A stretch of DNA of 64,000 nt from Spirochaetota bacterium (lineage in GTDB: Bacteria > Spirochaetota > UBA4802 > UBA5550). This document shows positions 11,413 to 21,550 of this stretch, in pieces. The stretch's first letter is position 1; every line of letters begins with the position of its first letter. The notes beneath the pieces were generated by a model. That model did no database searches and was not told the origin of the DNA. It saw only the letters and a program-made list of their open reading frames with translations. The translations under genes were made by a program, and so were the position numbers. The stretch is taken from positions 118,460-182,459 of the forward strand of contig JAXGNG010000001.1 of NCBI GenBank assembly GCA_040768125.1, in the 5' to 3' direction.

Positions 11413-13863
11413 GTGGGAAAGAAAAAAACAGACAATACCGATGTGAAGGAAAGCATCCAGGATGTCGAGATCGAAGATCAAATGCGGAATTCGTATCTCG
11501 ATTACGCCATGAGTGTCATTGCAGGAAGAGCTCTTCCTGACGTCAGGGACGGTCTCAAGCCGGTACACCGCAGGATTCTTCACGCGATGAACGAAAGGGC
11601 ATGGAGAAGTGATCGGCCATATGTCAAATCCGCAAAAATCGTCGGTGAAGTCATCGGTAATTACCATCCCCACGGTGATACTGCGGTGTACGATACCATG
11701 GTACGCATGGCTCAGGATTTTTCAATGCGCCTTCCTATCATCGACGGGCAGGGAAACTTCGGTTCAATCGATGGAGATCCTCCGGCGGCATATCGATACA
11801 CCGAAGCGCGTCTCAATAAAATTGCGGAGGAATTACTCCGTGATATCGACAAAGATACGGTGGATTTTTCTCCGAATTTTGACGAAACAAGAAACGAACC
11901 CCAGGTACTGCCGGCGTCGTTTCCCAATCTTCTTGTAAACGGATCAGACGGCATTGCCGTGGGTATGGCGACAAAAATACCCCCTCATAATCTTGACGAA
12001 GTGGTGGCCGCGACAATATCGCTCATTGATGATCCAGGAGCGAGCGTCAAGCAGTTGATGAAACATATCCAGGGGCCTGATTTCCCAACCGGCGGGATGA
12101 TTATGGGAACCGAGGGTATTTATAAGGCCTATTCGACCGGCCGTGGCAGCATTATGGTGCGCGGTAAGATTGATGTCGAGCAGAATAAAAAGGGTCGTGA
12201 TTCGATCATCATCACGGAAATACCGTACCAGGTCAATAAGGCTGTTTTGATCAGCCGCATCGCCGAGCTGGTAAACACAAAGGTTATCGAGGGAATAGCA
12301 GAGATACGGGATGAATCGGACAGGTCAGGAATGAGGATTGTTATTGGCCTGAGAAAAGAAGCAAACCAAAGTATAATAATCAACCAGCTCTACAAGCATA
12401 CCGCACTCCAGACTTCATTCGGGGTAATACTTCTGGCACTTGTTAATAATGTACCGAGAGTACTGGATATAAAGGGTATTCTAAACAACTACATCACCCA
12501 CCGTAAAGAAGTGGTTGTTCGAAGAACAAAATTCGAGCTTAAACGAGCAGAAGAAAGGGCGCATATTCTGCAGGGTCTGAAGATCGCCCTGGACAACATT
12601 GATGAGGTGATTAAAATCATTCGGGCCTCAAAGGACGCAGAAGAGGCGGGCAAGCGCCTTATAAAACGGTTTGCTTTTTCCGAAATACAGGCTAAGGCCA
12701 TTCTTGATATGCGTCTTCAACGCCTTACGAGTCTTGAAGTGCATAAGATAGTCGAAGAGCTTAACCAGCTTATCAAGTTGATCAAGGAATTAAAGGCGAT
12801 TCTCAAGAGCGAGGTGAAGATTTTCGATCTTGTTAAGCGAGAATTGAAGGAAGTCAAAGAGCGTTTTGGAGGCTCTCGCAAAACCGAGATCATGCATGGT
12901 GTGGAATCCACAACTGATTTCGACATGGAGGATCTGATAGCCGATGAGGATATGGTGATATCCATCACGAATGATGGATTCATAAGGCGTCTTCCCGTAG
13001 ATACGTTCAAGAAACAGCGCAGGGGCGGGAAGGGCGTAAGTGCCATATCAACCAAGAGAGAGGATTTTATCACCATGATGACCATCGCATCGACACATGA
13101 TGTGGTATTTCTCTTTTCCAACAAGGGGAAAATATTCGCTCTGAAGGCCTACGAAATACCACAGGCGTCGAAGACGAGCCGGGGAAAATCATTAAAGGGC
13201 ATTATAAATCTTTCTACGGATGAGCACATTACCGCCATTTGTTCAATTGATGATTTTGAAACACAGAAATACCTCTGTATGGTTACACGCCAGGGGATAT
13301 TGAAGAAGACCGATATGAATGTTTTCCAGAATGCAAAGAAAGGCGGTATTATCGCCCTTAATCTGAAAAAAAACGACGAGCTTGTTGATGTGAAAGTCGT
13401 CGATAAGGGAGATGATATTGTCATTGCATCAAGAAATGGTCACCTGCTCCGTACGAATCTCATGAACATGCGATCAATGGGGAGAGCTGCGGCGGGAATA
13501 ATCGGAATGCGTCTTTCAAAGGATGATGCAATTAGTGATATTGATATCGTGAAAAAAAACACATCCCTCTTTGTCATCACATCCAAGGGGTTTGGTAAAA
13601 GGGTGAATTACCAGAACTTCGCAACGAAGGGCAGAGGTGGAAAGGGGATGGCCTATGTCAAGGTGATCGACAAAAATGGACCGGCAAGTGGAATCAAATC
13701 AGTCTATCCATCTGATGAAATCATCATAACTTCAAAAAACGGGATGACCATACGTTTGACGGCGGATGATATTTCACTGCAGGGACGATCAACGATCGGG
13801 GTGAAGCTGCTTGACCTTAAGGGTGATGATTATGTAACGGATTTCGCGGTTATCAGCGAGTGA
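11413..13863 (+). CDS. gyrA: DNA gyrase subunit A
   Basis: The N-terminus AMSVIAGRALPDVRDGLKPVHRRIL includes the catalytic-Tyr region AAYRYTEARL. C-terminal beta-pinwheel repeats are present. 816 aa. Confidence 0.95.
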   Translation: MGKKKTDNTDVKESIQDVEIEDQMRNSYLDYAMSVIAGRALPDVRDGLKPVHRRILHAMNERAWRSDRPYVKSAKIVGEVIGNYHPHGDTAVYDTMVRMAQDFSMRLPIIDGQGNFGSIDGDPPAAYRYTEARLNKIAEELLRDIDKDTVDFSPNFDETRNEPQVLPASFPNLLVNGSDGIAVGMATKIPPHNLDEVVAATISLIDDPGASVKQLMKHIQGPDFPTGGMIMGTEGIYKAYSTGRGSIMVRGKIDVEQNKKGRDSIIITEIPYQVNKAVLISRIAELVNTKVIEGIAEIRDESDRSGMRIVIGLRKEANQSIIINQLYKHTALQTSFGVILLALVNNVPRVLDIKGILNNYITHRKEVVVRRTKFELKRAEERAHILQGLKIALDNIDEVIKIIRASKDAEEAGKRLIKRFAFSEIQAKAILDMRLQRLTSLEVHKIVEELNQLIKLIKELKAILKSEVKIFDLVKRELKEVKERFGGSRKTEIMHGVESTTDFDMEDLIADEDMVISITNDGFIRRLPVDTFKKQRRGGKGVSAISTKREDFITMMTIASTHDVVFLFSNKGKIFALKAYEIPQASKTSRGKSLKGIINLSTDEHITAICSIDDFETQKYLCMVTRQGILKKTDMNVFQNAKKGGIIALNLKKNDELVDVKVVDKGDDIVIASRNGHLLRTNLMNMRSMGRAAAGIIGMRLSKDDAISDIDIVKKNTSLFVITSKGFGKRVNYQNFATKGRGGKGMAYVKVIDKNGPASGIKSVYPSDEIIITSKNGMTIRLTADDISLQGRSTIGVKLLDLKGDDYVTDFAVISE

Positions 13864-13868
13864 ATGGA

Positions 13869-15548
13869 CTAGAGATACTGGTCATTGAACATTTCTTCGT
13901 TTAGAATAATATAGGTGTATCCCTGTTCTGTAAGGAATAGCTGCCTGTTATGCGCAAATTTTTCTTCAACTGAATTAGATGTAATGATCGTATAAAAATA
14001 GGCCTTGTTCTCGCCCCTTTTGGGGCGGAGAATCCTTCCCAGGCGTTGAGCCTCTTCCTGCCGTGATCCAAAGGTGCCGGATATCTGGATGGCCACGTTA
14101 GCGTCAGGCAGATCTATCGAAAAGTTTGCGACTTTTGATACCACGAGAATCTTTATCGTTTCTTCCTTGAATTGGCGATACAGTTCTTCCCGTTCAGCTA
14201 TTGACGTGCTTCCCGTTATCATTGGTAGCTGAAACTGCCTGGCAATCTCTTTTAGTTGAGATATATATTGACCAATAATGAGGATGTTCGATGAAACGTG
14301 ATGCTCGATGATTGATTTGATGATGCGAATTTTTCCATGGTTTTCTGATGCGATACGAAATTTTTCCCGATCCTTCGCGATTGAATATTTCATCCGAAGC
14401 TCGGTGGGGAGATCGATCCGTATCTCGGTGCAGAGCGCCTTGGCAATCCAGTTTGATTTCTCAAGGGTTTTCCAGGGCATGTCGAATTTTTTTGGTCCTA
14501 TCAGGCTGAAAACATCAGCTTCCATGCCGTCTTCGCGTATCAGCGTAGCGGTAAGGCCCAGGCGGCGCTTGGATTGGATTTCAGATGTCATTCTGAAAAC
14601 GGGTGCGGGAAGAAGATGTACCTCGTCATAAATGATAAGACCCCAGTTTTTCGAATTGAATAGATCAAAGTGAAGAAAGGGGCCTTGCTTTTCTTTGCGG
14701 TAGGTTAGAATGTTGTAGGTGGCGATGGTTATGGGGCGTACTTCCTTTTTTTCTCCGGAAAACTCTCCTATCTGATCCTCAGAGACCGTGGTTTTATCAA
14801 GAAGCTCCTCCTTCCACTGGCGCAGCGCGATTGTATTGGTAACCAGGATCAGTGTTTCAGTCTGAAGAAGGCTCATGATTGCGATTCCGACTATTGTCTT
14901 GCCGGCGCCACAGGGGAGTACAACGATCCCACTTCCTCCATCAGGACCTCCCCCTCGATAGAATGAGTTGACCGAGCTTTGCTGGTAATCGCGAATGGTA
15001 AAAGGCATGCCGCGGGAGGATACTTCTTTCATTTCGATTGGGCAGGGATCACCGTCTTCATAGCCAGCCAGATCCTCAACGGGAAAGCCGATCTTGATGA
15101 GTGCCTGCTTGATGTGCCCGCGAAAGTTGGGGCGTATCATAAGACTGTTGTCGTCTATCCGATGATCGATGAATTGCTGAAGTTTTTTTGTATTGAAGAA
15201 CTCGTTGAGAAGGATGGTGTCTTCTGAGATAAGCATGACATCGTTGTTTTTGCGGATCAGCTTTATCAGACCATACCGCCTCATTTGCTCCAGTATGGTG
15301 GTGTTAACTATTTCAGGAATTTCGTATCGGGAATAGCGAGTAAGGATATCAATGATGGACTGGTAGGATAAACCGGACGAAGCGGCGTTCCACATCGAGA
15401 GAGGTGATATTTTATACGTATGAATGTGTTCGGGACTTTTTACCAACTCTGAAAACTGGGCGATGGAGTCGCGAGCATTTTCAAAATCCGGGTTGTCTAC
15501 TTCAAGAAGAAGTGTATTATCGCTCTGTACGATTAAAGGTTTAGACAT
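13869..15548 (-). CDS. XPB/Rad25/Ssl2-family DNA helicase (bacterial XPB homologue)
   Basis: The N-terminal damage-recognition-like domain (IVQSDNTLLLEVDNPDFENA...HIHTYKISPLSMWNAASSG) is characteristic of XPB. Helicase motifs are I LPCGAGKT, II IIYDEVH, III LGLTATL, and the C-terminal helicase lobe (QISGTFGSRQEEAQRLGRILR). 559 aa. Confidence 0.85.
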   Translation of the reverse strand: MSKPLIVQSDNTLLLEVDNPDFENARDSIAQFSELVKSPEHIHTYKISPLSMWNAASSGLSYQSIIDILTRYSRYEIPEIVNTTILEQMRRYGLIKLIRKNNDVMLISEDTILLNEFFNTKKLQQFIDHRIDDNSLMIRPNFRGHIKQALIKIGFPVEDLAGYEDGDPCPIEMKEVSSRGMPFTIRDYQQSSVNSFYRGGGPDGGSGIVVLPCGAGKTIVGIAIMSLLQTETLILVTNTIALRQWKEELLDKTTVSEDQIGEFSGEKKEVRPITIATYNILTYRKEKQGPFLHFDLFNSKNWGLIIYDEVHLLPAPVFRMTSEIQSKRRLGLTATLIREDGMEADVFSLIGPKKFDMPWKTLEKSNWIAKALCTEIRIDLPTELRMKYSIAKDREKFRIASENHGKIRIIKSIIEHHVSSNILIIGQYISQLKEIARQFQLPMITGSTSIAEREELYRQFKEETIKILVVSKVANFSIDLPDANVAIQISGTFGSRQEEAQRLGRILRPKRGENKAYFYTIITSNSVEEKFAHNRQLFLTEQGYTYIILNEEMFNDQYL

Positions 15549-15584
15549 TGTGTGCTTTATTTGCCTTGATGATTTGAAAATAAC

Positions 15585-15612
15585 CCAGAGAAAAAATCTC
15601 TCTGGGTGGTGT
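15585..15612 (-). terminator. putative intrinsic terminator downstream of the GT2 gene
   Basis: On the minus strand, a CCCAGAG ...loop... CTCTGGG hairpin is followed by TTATTTTC. It lies between the GT2 stop (15698) and the XPB start. Confidence 0.3.
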
Positions 15613-15697
15613 AATAATTACAAAGAAAAACACGTGATATATGAGGTCCTCTGTTTGTCAATTAATAAATAAAGACGGGAGACAAAAAGTGCATGAT

Positions 15698-16405
15698 TCA
15701 ATTCGTACTTGTTCTGGGGTACAGGTTTCGTTCAGTTTCCATTATTGTCAGGAAGTACCCTGCCGGGTCATCGTAGTGATCAAGCTCGATGGCAAAATCA
15801 TTTCCGGAACTTGAGGGAATTTCGAGTACATTCAAACCAAAATAGCGAGACTGGATTAATAGCTGGAGGAACAATCCGTGTCCGAAATCACTCAACTCCA
15901 TGCGCTGCAATGAGTCGACGCGTATACCTTTCATTATGGAAAGGGGATCCGTGATATCGAATCCGGTAATATCCATGAGTTGTGTCGATATAGCTGAAAC
16001 TGTTTTGATAAATGAAGTCTTTACTTTGGCATGATTGTAGTTTTCAAGTATCCTGCTGCAGGTAACGATGTCATATCCATAGGCGAGGTTTTCCAGTATT
16101 CGTGCAACGTCGGTTCTGAATTCAGTGAATGAAGAATCAAGGCTGACAAAAAAGTCATAACCCATGTCCCGGGCATATTCATATCCATGGATTACAGAGG
16201 CGCCAATGCCAAGGGGCAACTCGTGTCGTATCACCCTGATCGAGGAGTAGTCTTCAAGGATACGATCTGTTCGGTCCACCGAACCGTCATCAATGATCAG
16301 AAGGTCGTTCCCGACAGCGAGAGCTTTATCAAGCAGCACAGATAATGATGACCCGCTATTGCAAACCGGAAGGACAATGAGTGTCTGTGGACTGGTTTCG
16401 TTCAT
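15698..16405 (-). CDS. family 2 glycosyltransferase (Dpm1-like)
   Basis: QTLIVLPVCNSGSS lies near the N-terminus and is followed by DDGSVDRT (a DxD-type motif). The start is taken at MNETSPQ (16405). The ORF-track start at 16471 would add a 22-aa extension. Confidence 0.7.
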   Translation of the reverse strand: MNETSPQTLIVLPVCNSGSSLSVLLDKALAVGNDLLIIDDGSVDRTDRILEDYSSIRVIRHELPLGIGASVIHGYEYARDMGYDFFVSLDSSFTEFRTDVARILENLAYGYDIVTCSRILENYNHAKVKTSFIKTVSAISTQLMDITGFDITDPLSIMKGIRVDSLQRMELSDFGHGLFLQLLIQSRYFGLNVLEIPSSSGNDFAIELDHYDDPAGYFLTIMETERNLYPRTSTN

Positions 16406-16589
16406 GATTGTTGGGAAAGCACGGATAGTGTAAAAGCAAGTAAAAAAACATCGGGGCACGGTGGTTGTCAATAATATTATTAAGATGCTCTATCGAAAAA
16501 TCATGCTTGCCATGTTTCATGAAATCGATTGACACCTCCTCTCTGGCAGGAATAACTGGAGTCATCTTCAGGTTGGATGGAATAGCTGT

Positions 16590-17837
16590 ATGAAGAAAGG
16601 TGAAAACAGTTTTGTGACCGCCGCTACGGCGCTTGAAATAATACTCGAAAAAGTAACAATAGTGGATTCGGAAACACTGGGAATCGATGACGCTTTCGGC
16701 CGAATAGTCGCTGAAGACATATGTGCGGTTGCCAATGTGCCTCCATTTGACAACTCTGCAATGGATGGATTTGCCCTGCGAAGTGAAGATACGACGAATG
16801 CGACAAAAAAACAGCCGGTTCGCTTTCGCGTAGTCAGTGAGCTTAGGGCGGGAAGTGTAATCGGGGATCAGGGTGTAGCTCCCATGACCGCGATACGGAT
16901 AATGACCGGGGCCCCGGTGCCGGTGGGGGCGGATTCCGTAATTCCGGTTGAGGACACCGAGACTGATTCCGATGGGAGTGTAAAGATTTTCCAAAGGCTG
17001 AGAGCACATGAAAATGTACGGTTTGCCGGAGAGGATATGCGCACCGGGGAAACGGTGCTGGAACGTGGGATGAAACTTGGCTCGGCCGAAATAGGTCTAT
17101 TGGCGGCGGTTAACAGGGATACTGTTACGGTATATAGAAAACCACGCGTGGCGATTATTTCGACGGGAGATGAAATTGGAGAGGTTGGCGCAGAACTTCG
17201 TCCCGGGCAGATACGAAACAGCAATGCCCATACGCTTCGATGCGAGGTGGAAAAGTATGGCGGGATTCCGACGTATATTGGTATAGCGCGGGATGAGCCA
17301 GAAGCAACACGGGATGTTTTTACAAGGGCTCTGGAACATGATATTATAATTTCAACAGGGGGAGTGTCTCTTGGAGAATATGATTTCGTCCAGGATGTGG
17401 TTGAAAGCCTTGGATTGAAGATAGCGGTCCATGGATTGAGGATAAAACCGGGGCGCCCCATGACATTTGGGGCAATGGGAGACACGATATTTTTTGGACT
17501 TCCAGGGAACCCGGTTTCCACAATGGTTACGTTCATGCAGTTTGTGCGGCCGGCGCTTTTGAAAATGGGAGGAGCGCGCAGAATAGGTAAGCCGGAAATA
17601 CCGGCAGTGATTGAAGATTCAATTACAAAGCGTCCCGGACGACGAGAATATATCCGAGGAAGCTACACGACAAAAGGCGGTCGCGTGGTTGTCTCGACGA
17701 CGGGACCTCAAGGATCGGGAATACTTCGCTCGATGAGCAGGGCTAATTGTCTGATTATCGTTCCCGAGGATGTATCGGAGTACAAACCCGGGGATGTCGT
17801 AGTGATTCAGCTTATCCATCATGAGGAGATCATGTGA
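16590..17837 (+). CDS. moeA: molybdopterin molybdenumtransferase MoeA
   Basis: MoeA N-terminal domain (PPFDNSAMDGFA), a central MoCF-binding domain (ISTGGVSLGEYD) and the C-terminal domain. 415 aa. Confidence 0.85.
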   Translation: MKKGENSFVTAATALEIILEKVTIVDSETLGIDDAFGRIVAEDICAVANVPPFDNSAMDGFALRSEDTTNATKKQPVRFRVVSELRAGSVIGDQGVAPMTAIRIMTGAPVPVGADSVIPVEDTETDSDGSVKIFQRLRAHENVRFAGEDMRTGETVLERGMKLGSAEIGLLAAVNRDTVTVYRKPRVAIISTGDEIGEVGAELRPGQIRNSNAHTLRCEVEKYGGIPTYIGIARDEPEATRDVFTRALEHDIIISTGGVSLGEYDFVQDVVESLGLKIAVHGLRIKPGRPMTFGAMGDTIFFGLPGNPVSTMVTFMQFVRPALLKMGGARRIGKPEIPAVIEDSITKRPGRREYIRGSYTTKGGRVVVSTTGPQGSGILRSMSRANCLIIVPEDVSEYKPGDVVVIQLIHHEEIM

Positions 17838-18832
17838 GGAGAGGTGCCGGCATCGTTATGATTTCCGGAGGGCTGGACAGCCTCCTGGCGATCCGTGTAC
17901 TCATGGAACAAGATGTTGATCTAATCGGTTTCCATTGTATCCTTCCCTTCGTTAATCCTGAAGCAGATCCTGCCACGCTACCCGCGGTGCTGTCTGCGGA
18001 AAAGCTTGGCATTTCCGTTTACACCCACCGGTGTGATAAGGAATATATCGACATCATAAAAAACCCGCCTCACGGATATGGAAAACGAGCGAATCCATGC
18101 ATTGACTGCCATATATACTTTCTCAGAAAGGCCGCGATATACATGCGTGAAATAGGGGCGGACTTCGTCGCGACAGGAGAGGTCGCAGGCCAGCGACCGA
18201 TGTCCCAGATGCGCGGAACAATGAACCATATTGAAAAGGAATGCGGTTTGGCGGGGAGATTGCTCCGTCCCCTCTCTGCAAAGCTGATGAGGCCCACGAT
18301 CCCGGAAACAGAGGGTGTAATCGATCGCGAAAGGCTCTTGGGTATCAGCGGTAGATCAAGGAAGGTACAGCTTGAACTCGCGCGCGTTTACGGAATCGAG
18401 GAGTATGAGACTCCCTCCGGCGGATGCCTGTTTACCGATGTAAACATTTCCAGAAGAGTGCATGACCTGTTTCACCATCATGAAGACGCTGATGCTCTTG
18501 ATGTCTATCTCCTGGCCATTGGAAGGCATTTAAGAATTAGTGATGTGACCAAGATAATTGTAGGGAGAAATGAAAAGGAGAATGAAGCATTAGAAAAACA
18601 GATGGCGAAGGCCGATATGTTCTGCCTGCCTGAATTTAAGGGTCCCGCAATTTACGTTAAGGGCGCTACTACCAGGGCAGAAAAGCAACTTATTGGGCGA
18701 GTGCTTCTCTATTATGGTAAAAACATTTCCGGAGAGGGTGTTATGAGAATTTTTAAACATGGAATTGACAATGGAACAATGACAATTACGAGTAGTGAAG
18801 ATGCCTGGAATATTGAAGGCATGATGATATAG
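17834..18832 (+). CDS. PP-loop ATPase of the ThiI/MnmA tRNA sulfurtransferase type, with no THUMP domain
   Basis: N-terminal SGGLDS PP-loop. A CIDCH...ATGEVAGQRPMSQ block resembles both the ThiI block G(D/E)SLGQVASQ and the MnmA block CxxC...ATGH. An RPL motif (GRLLRPLSAK) is present. The start overlaps the moeA stop by 4 nt. A C-terminal ~120-aa extension is unassigned. Confidence 0.5.
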   Translation: MRRGAGIVMISGGLDSLLAIRVLMEQDVDLIGFHCILPFVNPEADPATLPAVLSAEKLGISVYTHRCDKEYIDIIKNPPHGYGKRANPCIDCHIYFLRKAAIYMREIGADFVATGEVAGQRPMSQMRGTMNHIEKECGLAGRLLRPLSAKLMRPTIPETEGVIDRERLLGISGRSRKVQLELARVYGIEEYETPSGGCLFTDVNISRRVHDLFHHHEDADALDVYLLAIGRHLRISDVTKIIVGRNEKENEALEKQMAKADMFCLPEFKGPAIYVKGATTRAEKQLIGRVLLYYGKNISGEGVMRIFKHGIDNGTMTITSSEDAWNIEGMMI

Positions 18833-18835
18833 ATT

Positions 18836-19483
18836 ATGGCGTTGAAAAGACGCGGGATCTGTGTCTCATTCATGGCCTCAGGAGCCGGCCACATTTTTTT
18901 CTCCGTCGCACGTGCCATAGTTGATGGAAGAATCAGGGCAACAACTGGCGTGGTGATAACTGACCGTAAAGATGCAGGGGTAAGGCACAGAGCGGAGAAG
19001 CTGGGGGTTCCCTCAAGGTTGATAGATCCGAGTTTATTTCCGGATCATCACGCTCATGAAGATGCAATTATAAAAACGCTTGATGAGTACGGGACCGAGC
19101 TGGTCGTGCTTGCGGGATACCTGCGCATTCTTTCGCCCTACATTGTTGGACAATACACGAACAGAATCATCAACGTGCATCCATCTCTCCTTCCGGCGTT
19201 TCGAGGTCGCAAGAGCCAGGCGAAGGCCGTTGAATACGGCGTAAAGATTAGCGGCTGTACGGTGCATTTCGTTGATTACGGAATTGATACGGGTCCGATC
19301 ATTGCCCAGAAAGCCGTTCCCGTCATGGAAAATGATACAGAGCGTTCACTTGCCATGAGAATCAGGAAAGAGGAATGCATGCTTCTAATTAATGCGGTGA
19401 AGCTCTATTGCGAGGATAGATTGACGGTAATTGGAAGACATGTGCGGATAAAACGAGGAGGTATTATTGGCAGAAAAAATTAG
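18836..19483 (+). CDS. purN: phosphoribosylglycinamide formyltransferase PurN
   Basis: N-terminal SG-rich loop (FMASGAGHIFFSV), the HPSLLPAF motif, and catalytic-region residues (NVHPSLLP...GCTVHFVDYGIDTGPII). 215 aa. Confidence 0.85.
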   Translation: MALKRRGICVSFMASGAGHIFFSVARAIVDGRIRATTGVVITDRKDAGVRHRAEKLGVPSRLIDPSLFPDHHAHEDAIIKTLDEYGTELVVLAGYLRILSPYIVGQYTNRIINVHPSLLPAFRGRKSQAKAVEYGVKISGCTVHFVDYGIDTGPIIAQKAVPVMENDTERSLAMRIRKEECMLLINAVKLYCEDRLTVIGRHVRIKRGGIIGRKN

Positions 19484-19533
19484 GTGCTCAGAATAATCCG
19501 ATTCAAGCTAAATACAGTTTGATGTTTTATGGA

Positions 19534-19890
19534 TTATTCCTTCATAAATTTTTTTCTTAAGTCCTTATCCCTGATTCTAAAGGTAATGCGAATTCCCTCC
19601 GGGACAGATGTTCGATCGATTATTACGCCATTTTGCAATGGCCCTTCAAATTCTTCCCTTATCTTAATGATGTCGGTATACAAGCTTTTATTTCTGACCC
19701 TTACTTCAACGATATCTTTCAGTATCTGGTGACGGGCATTGTCAACTGCCTGACGCTCATTCCCTCCGGAAACGATTACCGTGTAAGTGTCATTACCACT
19801 CCAACCGGCTCCACTGACAACACCTTCGTGCATTGAGCAGGATAAAGATAAAAGAAAAAATGCGCAAAAAACTAGAGTTTTTTTAATCAT
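19534..19890 (-). CDS. small lipoprotein, paralogue of the 20737-21198 product
   Basis: Signal peptide with lipobox LSLSC. The mature part GWSGNDTYTVIVSGGNERQAVDNARHQIL... aligns to GWVNDNTFMIAAGG...AAIINARHHVI of the neighbouring lipoprotein. Confidence 0.55.
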   Translation of the reverse strand: MIKKTLVFCAFFLLSLSCSMHEGVVSGAGWSGNDTYTVIVSGGNERQAVDNARHQILKDIVEVRVRNKSLYTDIIKIREEFEGPLQNGVIIDRTSVPEGIRITFRIRDKDLRKKFMKE

Positions 19891-20134
19891 GAAAAGGTAT
19901 CCCCAATAAGAAGCCTTTTAAATCAATACACTTGTTACACATTGATTATTAATATCGCAGTTGCCCTCATGGAAAAAGGATGGTTCCAAGGATCAGGGTA
20001 TTTATATAAATTTTCAAGTAAAAAAGGACGCACCTGGGAAGCAGTTAATGTATTAGAGGGGAGGTTACGCATGTCCTTAAAAGAGTTGACTTTTCTCTGG
20101 TCTGGGAAATGAATAGTTTAATTCACGAGGGGGG

Positions 20135-20680
20135 GTGGTCGTTGTGGTATTCGATATCATCATACTCTACGTGCTGTATTGTGCCGTGATGATATGCATC
20201 GGCTACTATACAAGTCTTTTTATGACCAAAGATACTTATACCAGGGATGAATTAAAAAGTATCATGCCGTTTTTTGCTCAGTACTGGAGAAGTATCTCCG
20301 GAAGCCACTCGGTGCTATTGGTATTATTTGTTTTCCTGATTAGCTCATTCCTGGGGGTGTTGCTGCCGTTGCTATCGGATGGATGGTTCCTCAATTCTTC
20401 TATCATTTTTATAATCATTTTTATTATATTTCCGATGATGCAAGGCAGCCTGGAAAGGGCGCAGGTGACAACCGGTGGAGATTTTTCTGATACCGCTGCA
20501 AATATTTTTTCAAAATATTACAATTTTATTGTAATCGGGTTCGGGTGCGGGACGGCAACAGCTCTGATGTATAACTGGGGATCAAGAGATGTAATTCATT
20601 TTACCTGGTTTTTCATAAACTTTGTGATTCTTACGATATGTATCGGTGTTGCGGTAAAAAGGGCATACAACCATGAGTAG
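20135..20680 (+). CDS. integral membrane protein, about 4 TM segments, unknown function
   Basis: Four long hydrophobic segments and no recognisable motif. It sits between two paralogous lipoprotein genes. Confidence 0.45.
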   Translation: MVVVVFDIIILYVLYCAVMICIGYYTSLFMTKDTYTRDELKSIMPFFAQYWRSISGSHSVLLVLFVFLISSFLGVLLPLLSDGWFLNSSIIFIIIFIIFPMMQGSLERAQVTTGGDFSDTAANIFSKYYNFIVIGFGCGTATALMYNWGSRDVIHFTWFFINFVILTICIGVAVKRAYNHE

Positions 20681-20736
20681 CTGCATGGGGAGAAGGGCGC
20701 GTGGTTTTTCAGAAAGGAAAATCAAGGAGGTAAACC

Positions 20737-21198
20737 ATGAATATCAATAGAATGCGAGATAACGCGCTGCTTGTCATGGTCGCCGCACTGGTCTGCCTTG
20801 CATCATGCAGCAGTAAAAATATCGACGGATCAAATGACCATGGTTTTTCCCGGTCCGATGGATGGGTGAACGACAATACATTTATGATAGCTGCCGGGGG
20901 GGTACCCACGCGAACGATTATGGATATTAAGAAAAGAGAACAGAACTCATTAAGGGCAGCGATCATTAACGCGCGTCACCATGTAATTGAAAGGTTTAAG
21001 GCATACGGGGGAAAAGATTCGGCGGATGTGGAAAATTTCGAGATGACCGGCAACGCCGTGGCTCAGGAATTGCGAGGCATAGTTGAGCGCGGTTCAGTCC
21101 ATAACCCGACGTGGGACAAAGATCAAAATTGTTCGATATATTACCGAGTCACGGCCCCAGGGCTGAAAAAGAAAGTCGCCATTGCAAAGTGGGATTAG
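20737..21198 (+). CDS. small lipoprotein, paralogue of the 19534-19890 product
   Basis: Signal peptide with lipobox LASCSS. Shares the GW.N.T..I..GG......AR..v block with the upstream divergent lipoprotein. Confidence 0.55.
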   Translation: MNINRMRDNALLVMVAALVCLASCSSKNIDGSNDHGFSRSDGWVNDNTFMIAAGGVPTRTIMDIKKREQNSLRAAIINARHHVIERFKAYGGKDSADVENFEMTGNAVAQELRGIVERGSVHNPTWDKDQNCSIYYRVTAPGLKKKVAIAKWD

Positions 21199-21210
21199 AT
21201 TAACAATCAT

Positions 21211-21246
21211 CAGAAAATAAAAAAGGCCGTTGGAAAACCACGGCCT
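21211..21246 (-). terminator. intrinsic terminator of the 5S rRNA gene
   Basis: On the minus strand, AAGGCCGT-GGTTTTCCA-ACGGCCTT (perfect 8-bp stem) is followed by TTTTTTATTTTCTG. It lies immediately 3' of the 5S rRNA. Confidence 0.55.
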
Positions 21247-21271
21247 TGTAATAATGAATAATGTATTCCTA

Positions 21272-21392
<121 letters not shown>

Positions 21393-21550
21393 TACCATTT
21401 GTTTGAAAGGTGCGGATTTGTCAATAAAAATAGTTATTTTTTTTCTGTAATAACAAATATTTTTAAATTGATCAGGAGTGACGTATATAGCCATGTCAGG
21501 TCTGGTACAATTATCATGAATATTTTTCAGTCGAATGAAAGCCTGAAGTA

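Noticed and set aside
16356-17536. Long minus-strand ORFs (16356-17009, 16868-17536, 17097-17339) antisense to moeA
   Set aside because: They overlap the well-supported moeA coding frame in a GC-rich stretch and have no motifs, so they are typical antisense open frames.
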